Assembly (NCBI GenBank): GCA_963720765.1
Contig: CAVRGS010000013.1
Coordinates: forward strand, 76,854-140,853
Origin: an uncultured Actinomycetes bacterium
Lineage (GTDB): Bacteria; Actinomycetota; Acidimicrobiia; IMCC26256; DASPTH01
Reading direction: 5' to 3'
DNA length: 64,000 nucleotides
Shown: positions 58,559 to 64,000 of the stretch, one piece after another
Position numbering within the stretch: the stretch's first letter is position 1
Layout: every line of letters starts with the position of its first letter
Program-made: the position numbers and the translations under genes
The notes under the pieces: model-generated
Told to the model about the DNA's origin: nothing
Database searches by the model: none
The model's input: only the letters and a program-made list of their open reading frames with translations

Positions 58559-59824
58559 GTGACCGACTACGCAACCACCGACTTCTTCCGTGACCGCGAC
58601 CTGTTCCAGGATCCGAACGCCTACTACGAGTGGGTGCGCGCCCAAGGTCCCGTGTGGCGCGGCCCGAAGCGCGGGGTGGTGTTCGTGTCGGGCTTCGACG
58701 AAGCGGTCGCCGTCTACCGCGACGCCGATCGGTTCTCGAGCTGCAACACGGTGGCCGGTCCGTTCTTCCCGTGGCCGGTACCGCTCGAGGGTGACGACAT
58801 CAGCGCCATCATCGAGGAACATCGCGACGCGCTGCCGTTCAGCGACCAGCTCCCGTCGTTCGACCCGCCGAAGCACACCGAACAGCGCGGCCTCCTCATG
58901 CGCCTCATCACGCCGAAGCGCCTCAAGGAGAACGAGGAGTTCATGTGGCGCCTCTGCGACCGGACCTTCGACGAGTTCCTCGATCGCGGTGAGTGCGAGT
59001 TCATCCACGACTACGCGCTGCCGTTCACGCTGCTGGTGGTGGCCGATCTGCTCGGAGTGCCGGAAGGCGACCGCGACGAGGTCCGTCATCGGCTCATGCA
59101 CAAGGAGCCGCAGTCGACCCAGAAGATGTCGCACAAGCCGCTCGAGTTCCTCTACGAGCAGTTCACCGGGTACATCGAGGACCGTCGCCGCGAGCCCCGC
59201 GACGACGTGATGACGGGGCTCGCGACCGCGACGTTCCCCGACGGCACGCTCCCGCCGGTCAACGACGTCATGCGCATCGCCGCCAACCTGTTCAGCGCGG
59301 GTGGGGAGACCACCGCCCGGCTGATGGGGACGTCGTTCCGCATCCTCGGTGACCGTCCGGATCTCCAGGCCGAGCTGCGAGCCGATCCGGAGAAGATCCC
59401 TGCGTTCATCGAGGAGGCGCTGCGGCTGGACCCGCCGATCAAGGGCGAGTTCCGACTGTCGAAGGTGGCGGTGGTCGTGGGTGACATGGAGCTCGCCCCC
59501 GGCACCAGCGTGTTCGTGCTCAACGGCGCGGCCAACCGCGACCCACGGCAGTTCGACGATCCGCTCGAGTTCAAGCTCGATCGCGTGAACGGCCGCCAGC
59601 ACATCGGGTTCGGTCACGGCATCCACTCGTGCGCGGGCGCGCCGCTGGCGCGTGCGGAGACGCGCATCACCATCGAGCGCTTCCTCGCGCTCACCGATGA
59701 CATCCAGATCTCGGAAGCGCACCACGGCCCCGCCGATGCGAGGCGCTACGAGTACGACCCCACGTACATGCTCCGCGGCCTGCGCGAGCTGCACCTCGAG
59801 TTCACCCCGGCAAAGGACGCGTGA
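58559..59824 (+). CDS. Cytochrome P450
   Basis: FGHGIHSCAGAPLA, AGGETT, EEALRLDPP. GAAGGAG RBS. Confidence 0.9.
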   Translation: MTDYATTDFFRDRDLFQDPNAYYEWVRAQGPVWRGPKRGVVFVSGFDEAVAVYRDADRFSSCNTVAGPFFPWPVPLEGDDISAIIEEHRDALPFSDQLPSFDPPKHTEQRGLLMRLITPKRLKENEEFMWRLCDRTFDEFLDRGECEFIHDYALPFTLLVVADLLGVPEGDRDEVRHRLMHKEPQSTQKMSHKPLEFLYEQFTGYIEDRRREPRDDVMTGLATATFPDGTLPPVNDVMRIAANLFSAGGETTARLMGTSFRILGDRPDLQAELRADPEKIPAFIEEALRLDPPIKGEFRLSKVAVVVGDMELAPGTSVFVLNGAANRDPRQFDDPLEFKLDRVNGRQHIGFGHGIHSCAGAPLARAETRITIERFLALTDDIQISEAHHGPADARRYEYDPTYMLRGLRELHLEFTPAKDA

Positions 59825-60267
59825 TGGCGATCTACAACCACACCGGACAGGTCGTCACCGACCTCGAGCGATCGAAGCGCTTCTACCAGGAGGTGTTCGG
59901 CTTCCAGTTCTGGTACGAGATCCAGCCGCCCGACGAGGCGACCGCGAAGCTCAACTGCCTCGAGCCGCCGCTCGGGATCACCGCGTCGTACCTCGTCCTC
60001 GATGGCTTCGTGCTCGAGCTCATGGCCTACGGCGCGGACGGTGCGGTGAACGCGTACCAGCCGCGGGCGATGAACGATCCCGGCCTCACGCACCTGTCCA
60101 TCTCGGTCGACGACGTGCGCGCCTCGGCGGCGAAGGTCGTCGAGCACGGCGGCGAGATCATCGAGGAGAGCGATGTGGGCCTCGCGCTGTTCGTGCGCGA
60201 CCCCGACGGTCAGCTCCTCGAGCTCCTCCCCGCCGGCTACCGCGACCGCCTTCCCCCGAAGCCCTAG
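59821..60267 (+). CDS. VOC (glyoxalase/dioxygenase) family protein
   Basis: HTGQVVTDLERSKRFYQEVFGF.., THLSISVDD.., VRDPDGQLLEL. Start overlaps the P450 stop. Confidence 0.8.
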   Translation: MMAIYNHTGQVVTDLERSKRFYQEVFGFQFWYEIQPPDEATAKLNCLEPPLGITASYLVLDGFVLELMAYGADGAVNAYQPRAMNDPGLTHLSISVDDVRASAAKVVEHGGEIIEESDVGLALFVRDPDGQLLELLPAGYRDRLPPKP

Positions 60268-60272
60268 CTCCG

Positions 60273-60318
60273 TTCGGGCGTGGTTCGTGTGCCGCTACCG
60301 CACACCAACCACGCCGAA
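60273..60318. terminator. Long imperfect hairpin between convergent genes (candidate bidirectional terminator)
   Basis: ttcgggcgtggttcgtgtgc ... gcacaccaaccacgccgaa: an ~18-bp stem with one bulge and one mismatch. It ends 1 nt before the BVMO stop. Confidence 0.5.
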
Positions 60319-61830
60319 TCAGCTGGTGGTGGTGCGGGTACGGGTGGTCTCGCTGATCCGTCCGAGGACCTTGGTGAGGGCGCGGTAGACGGTGCAGCCG
60401 ATGGGCCACTGGGTGACGATCTTGCCGGTGGGTGCCTTGAAGTAGTTGTTGCTCTGCTCCCACGACGTGCCGTGCATCTTGTGCTGGAGCCAGCGGTTCC
60501 ACCACTTGTCGAAGACCGGTCGTACCTCGATCGTGCTGACGCGCTCGCGGCGCATGCGTTTCATCGCCCGCACCGCGTACTCCGACTGGCTCTCGAGCAT
60601 GGTGACGATCTCGCCGCCGTTGGTGCCCGGTCCGTAGAGGATGAAGAAGTTCGGGAACTCGGGCACGGTGATGCCGAGGAAGGCGTGCGGTTCGCCGGCC
60701 CAGTACTCGCGCAACGTGCGCCCGGTGCGGCCGACGACGTTCAGACGCGCCAGGTAGTCGGCGGGTTGGAAGCCGGTGGCCATCACGAGGACGTCGACCT
60801 CGCGCTCGACGCCGTCGACGTCGACGACACCCGTCGGCGTCACCGACGCCACCGCCTTCGGCACGAGCTCGACGTTCGGTTGCTTGAGCGCGGGATAGAA
60901 CGTCGTGGCGAAGATCGGACGCTTGCCCGGGTACGGGTAGGTCGGGGTCACCGCCTTCTGCAGGTCGGGACGGTCCTCGAAGCTCTTGGCGATGTAGTCG
61001 AGGCAGAACTGCGTGCGGACCTCGTTCTCCTTGGTGTCGACCACGAAGACCTTGCCGCCCCAGATGTTCTTCTCGAGCAGCCACTTCAACCGGAGACGTT
61101 CCTGGCGGCGGCGCAACCGGCTCGAGAACCGCTTGCGCTCCTCGGGCGTGAAGTCGCGGTCGCCCTTGGGCATCACCCACCCCGGCTCGCGCTGGAACAG
61201 GTAGAGCTTGCGCACGTCGGGCTGGATGGCGGGCACGATCTGGGTAGCCGTCGAACCCGTCCCGACCACCGCCACGACCTTGTCGGTGAGGTCGTGCTCG
61301 TGCTCCCAGCGCGCCGTGTGGAACTTCGGGCCGGCGAAGTCTTCGAGGCCGGGCCAGTCGGGGTACCGCGGGACGTTGAGGAACCCGACGCCGCTGATGA
61401 GCACGTGGCACTCGTCGGTGGCGCCGTCGTCGAGGGTGACGGTCCACACGTGGCGGGTGTCGTCCCACGTCGCCGACTCCACCGCGACACCGAGGCGCAG
61501 GTGCGGACGCAGCCCGTACTCGTCGACGGTCTCCTCGAGGTACTTCTGGAGCTCCGCCTGCTTGGCGTGGGTGCGGGTCCAGTCGTGCGACTTGAACGAG
61601 TACGAGTAGAGGTGCGAGCCGACGTCGACCTCGGCGCCCGGGTACGTGTTGTCCCACCAGGTGCCGCCCACGCCGAACGACGACTCGTAGATCGTGAAGG
61701 TGTGGATGCCGGCGTTCTTCATCTTCACGCCGGCGGCGATGCCGCCGAACCCGGCGCCGACGACCACGACGCGCGACGTGCCCGCGGGCCCGAAGAGCTG
61801 TTGTGCGGTGGGACGGTGACGACGCTTCAC
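60319..61830 (-). CDS. Baeyer-Villiger/flavin-containing monooxygenase (intact)
   Basis: VVVGAGFGG, GGTWWDNTYPG, fingerprint FAGPKFHTARW, VVGTGSTA. GTG 61830 overlaps the upstream stop. Confidence 0.85.
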   Translation of the reverse strand: MKRRHRPTAQQLFGPAGTSRVVVVGAGFGGIAAGVKMKNAGIHTFTIYESSFGVGGTWWDNTYPGAEVDVGSHLYSYSFKSHDWTRTHAKQAELQKYLEETVDEYGLRPHLRLGVAVESATWDDTRHVWTVTLDDGATDECHVLISGVGFLNVPRYPDWPGLEDFAGPKFHTARWEHEHDLTDKVVAVVGTGSTATQIVPAIQPDVRKLYLFQREPGWVMPKGDRDFTPEERKRFSSRLRRRQERLRLKWLLEKNIWGGKVFVVDTKENEVRTQFCLDYIAKSFEDRPDLQKAVTPTYPYPGKRPIFATTFYPALKQPNVELVPKAVASVTPTGVVDVDGVEREVDVLVMATGFQPADYLARLNVVGRTGRTLREYWAGEPHAFLGITVPEFPNFFILYGPGTNGGEIVTMLESQSEYAVRAMKRMRRERVSTIEVRPVFDKWWNRWLQHKMHGTSWEQSNNYFKAPTGKIVTQWPIGCTVYRALTKVLGRISETTRTRTTTS

Positions 61831-62222
61831 GGGTACCTCATGAACTCGAGCAGGTTGCCGTCGGGATCGCGGACGTACACGCTCGTGGCGTCGATGCCAC
61901 GCGCGCCACGGCGTGGGACCGGTCCCTCCTCGACGACGACCCCGGCGCCGAGCAGGACGGCATCGAGCTCTTCGGCCGGACCCTCCCAGCGGACGCAGAG
62001 GTCGCCGCACGGTGGGACCGCTTCGGGAGCGCGCAGGGTGAAGTCGGTGCGGGTCCACATCTCTTCACGGTGGAAGTTGACCATCTGGTCGCCGAAGTGC
62101 ACCACCACGAGGTGCTCGGTCTCGTCGACATCCGCGCCGAGCGCGCGGTAGAACGCCGCCATCGCATCGGCATTGCGCAACGGAAGCGAGACGTGGTCGA
62201 ACCCGGCAATCGGCGCGTTCAT
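61827..62222 (-). CDS. VOC family protein
   Basis: 131 aa. FDHVSLPLRNADAMAAFYRALG.., VRDPDGNLLEF. ATGA overlap with the upstream gene. Confidence 0.75.
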   Translation of the reverse strand: MNAPIAGFDHVSLPLRNADAMAAFYRALGADVDETEHLVVVHFGDQMVNFHREEMWTRTDFTLRAPEAVPPCGDLCVRWEGPAEELDAVLLGAGVVVEEGPVPRRGARGIDATSVYVRDPDGNLLEFMRYP

Positions 62223-63322
62223 GCCGTCGCGAACCCGTACAGCGCCGCGCAGTTCGTCGCGGTCACCTTCATGCGGTCGTCGTCCGACAGTCCACCGAGC
62301 GTCTCGTCGATCACGCGACGCGACTCGGGGAACGTGCTGTCGGTGTGCGGGTAGTCCGACGCCCACATGCACCGGTCGGCACCGAGGACGGGGATCTGTT
62401 CGGGGTAGAACTCCTCCTCGAAGGTCGCGAAGACCTGCCGGGCGAACAGCTCGCTGGGCGAGAGCGCGGGCGCGTAGTCGAGCTTGCTCTTCAACGCGTT
62501 CCACTCCATGTCGGCGCGGGCGAGGAAGAACGGCAGCCAGCTCACCCCCGACTCGGCCATCACGATCTGCAGCCCCGGATGACGTTCGAGGATCCCGGAG
62601 AAGATCAGCGTGGCGAGGATCTCGTCGAGCTGGAGCGGCATGATCGTCGCGAACGCCGCGGCCTGCCACTTCCCGATCTGGTAGCTCAGTCCGGACCACG
62701 ACCCGCCCTTGATGTGGACGCTGATCGGCAAGCCGGTCTCCTGGGCGACGTTCCAGAGGCGATCCCATGCCGGGTCACCGAGGTCCATGTCGAAGACGTC
62801 GATGATCGCGCCGCGGTGCCCCTTGGCCGCGCAGCGCTCGAGCTCGTCGGCCGCGACCTGCGCCGAGCTGCTGGGTAGGAACGGCAGGGTGGTGAGCCGG
62901 TCGGGCGCCACTGCGTTGAACTCGTCGGCGGCCCAGTCGTTCCATGCCGCGAAGCACGCGGCCTGCAACGTCGGGTCCTCGATGGGCAGCCCGATGGCGA
63001 GGGGCCCGTACACCACCGACGCAGCGAGACCGTCGCGGTCGAGGTCTTCGAGACGCAACCGTGCGTTCCCGGCGCGGTAGCCGTCGTCGTCGATGCCGGC
63101 CCGGCCGATCGCGTTCAAGGCGCGGACGCGCTCGCCGGTCGCGCCGGCGTAGCCGCTCCCACCCAGCTCGCGACCCTCACAGACCCACACCAAGTCGTCC
63201 TCGCGTTCGACGACACGCGGCCCGCGTTCGACATCGGCGCGCGACAAGCGCGACGACCACAGCTCCGGCGGCACCGCGCGCAGGTCGAGGTGGTCGTCGC
63301 ACGAGTAGATGGCGGTGTGCAT
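62219..63322 (-). CDS. Amidohydrolase-2 family protein
   Basis: IYSCDDHLD.., WASDYPHTDSTFP; 367 aa. Confidence 0.85.
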   Translation of the reverse strand: MHTAIYSCDDHLDLRAVPPELWSSRLSRADVERGPRVVEREDDLVWVCEGRELGGSGYAGATGERVRALNAIGRAGIDDDGYRAGNARLRLEDLDRDGLAASVVYGPLAIGLPIEDPTLQAACFAAWNDWAADEFNAVAPDRLTTLPFLPSSSAQVAADELERCAAKGHRGAIIDVFDMDLGDPAWDRLWNVAQETGLPISVHIKGGSWSGLSYQIGKWQAAAFATIMPLQLDEILATLIFSGILERHPGLQIVMAESGVSWLPFFLARADMEWNALKSKLDYAPALSPSELFARQVFATFEEEFYPEQIPVLGADRCMWASDYPHTDSTFPESRRVIDETLGGLSDDDRMKVTATNCAALYGFATA

Positions 63323-63346
63323 CGCGGGCTCCCGGTTCGGTCAGGG

Positions 63347-64000
63347 TCAGTGGCTCAGGTCGGTGACGACGGCACGGCCGAGGTAGGCGCTCGCGGCGAG
63401 CTCGTCGAAGATGGTGGCGAGTTCGGTCAGCGCGCCGGTGCGCGACACGTGGGTGCGCACCTTTCCCGCGGCGGCGAGGTCGACCAGCTCGCGCATGTCC
63501 TGCACGTTCCCGACCGCGGAGTAGATGATCGTGGGGTCCTTGCGGAACAGCTCGAAGGGGTTGAACGAGAAGCTTCCTTCGCTGGTCGCCGGCAGACCCA
63601 CAGCGACGAAGAGGCCGTGGGGACCGAGCAGGTCGAAGCCGAGGCGGAAGCCGTCCATGCGCGACGAGAACACCAGGCTGGCGTCGACCCCACCGATCTC
63701 GCTCGCGACGACGTCTCGCGCGTCGTCGGCGCTCACCGCCATCTCGGCGCCGAGCGAACGTACGAACTCGAGCCGTTCCTCACCGACGTCGACACCGATG
63801 ACCCGGTACCCGAACGCGGTCGCGAGCTGGACCGCGTAGTGGCCGAGACCACCGGCGGCGCCGATGATCGCCACCGGGCCGCCGGGGACCACGTGGTGCG
63901 CGAGCAGCTTCTTCACCGCGCCGTACGCGGTCAGCCCGCCGCACGCGAGTGATGCTTCCTCGTCGCCGACGTTGTCGGGGATCGTCACCAACGACTTCGC
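63347..64000 (-). CDS. Zinc-type alcohol dehydrogenase/MDR family, C-terminal part (5' end outside the window)
   Basis: Frame open to the window edge. ..IPDNVGDEEASLACGGLTAYGA.., Rossmann IIGAAGGLGHYAVQLA. Confidence 0.8.
   Translation of the reverse strand, partial: AKSLVTIPDNVGDEEASLACGGLTAYGAVKKLLAHHVVPGGPVAIIGAAGGLGHYAVQLATAFGYRVIGVDVGEERLEFVRSLGAEMAVSADDARDVVASEIGGVDASLVFSSRMDGFRLGFDLLGPHGLFVAVGLPATSEGSFSFNPFELFRKDPTIIYSAVGNVQDMRELVDLAAAGKVRTHVSRTGALTELATIFDELAASAYLGRAVVTDLSH

Overview
High-GC, actinobacterial-style chromosomal DNA: GTG starts are common, there are many ATGA/GTGA stop-start overlaps, and RBSs are GGAGG-type. I call about 70 protein-coding genes or gene remnants. I found no rRNA, tRNA, CRISPR array, transposase, integrase or phage gene. 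(1) 0-29 kb holds the 3' part of an ATP-dependent DNA ligase followed by a rearrangement scar. After that come oxidative and hydrolytic catabolic genes (epoxide hydrolase, SDRs, D-aminoacylase-like and amidohydrolase-2 enzymes, a P450, acyl-CoA synthetase, aldehyde dehydrogenase) and a Liv-type ABC transporter. Seventeen single-base frame breaks fall in this part. Fourteen of them lie in one 9.4-kb block: a Baeyer-Villiger monooxygenase, a binding protein, a fused permease, two ATPases and a two-domain SDR. (2) 29.4-37.2 kb holds a DevR/DosR-like response regulator and a PAS-PAS histidine kinase. Around them are universal stress proteins, PPOX-family flavoproteins, DUF1918, a CxxCH membrane protein and a cupin. 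Eight copies of a DosR-box-like 5-4-5 inverted repeat (consensus GGGCC-GAAG-GTCCC) sit in the promoter regions of this island. (3) 37-64 kb holds TetR-associated catabolic operons with four more P450s, a second BVMO, a second epoxide hydrolase, Rieske and single-cluster ferredoxins, a DUF35/SCP2-thiolase pair, paired acyl-CoA dehydrogenases and an MFS transporter. All functional calls rest on motif recognition in the supplied translations and on hand reading of the DNA. No database search was possible.
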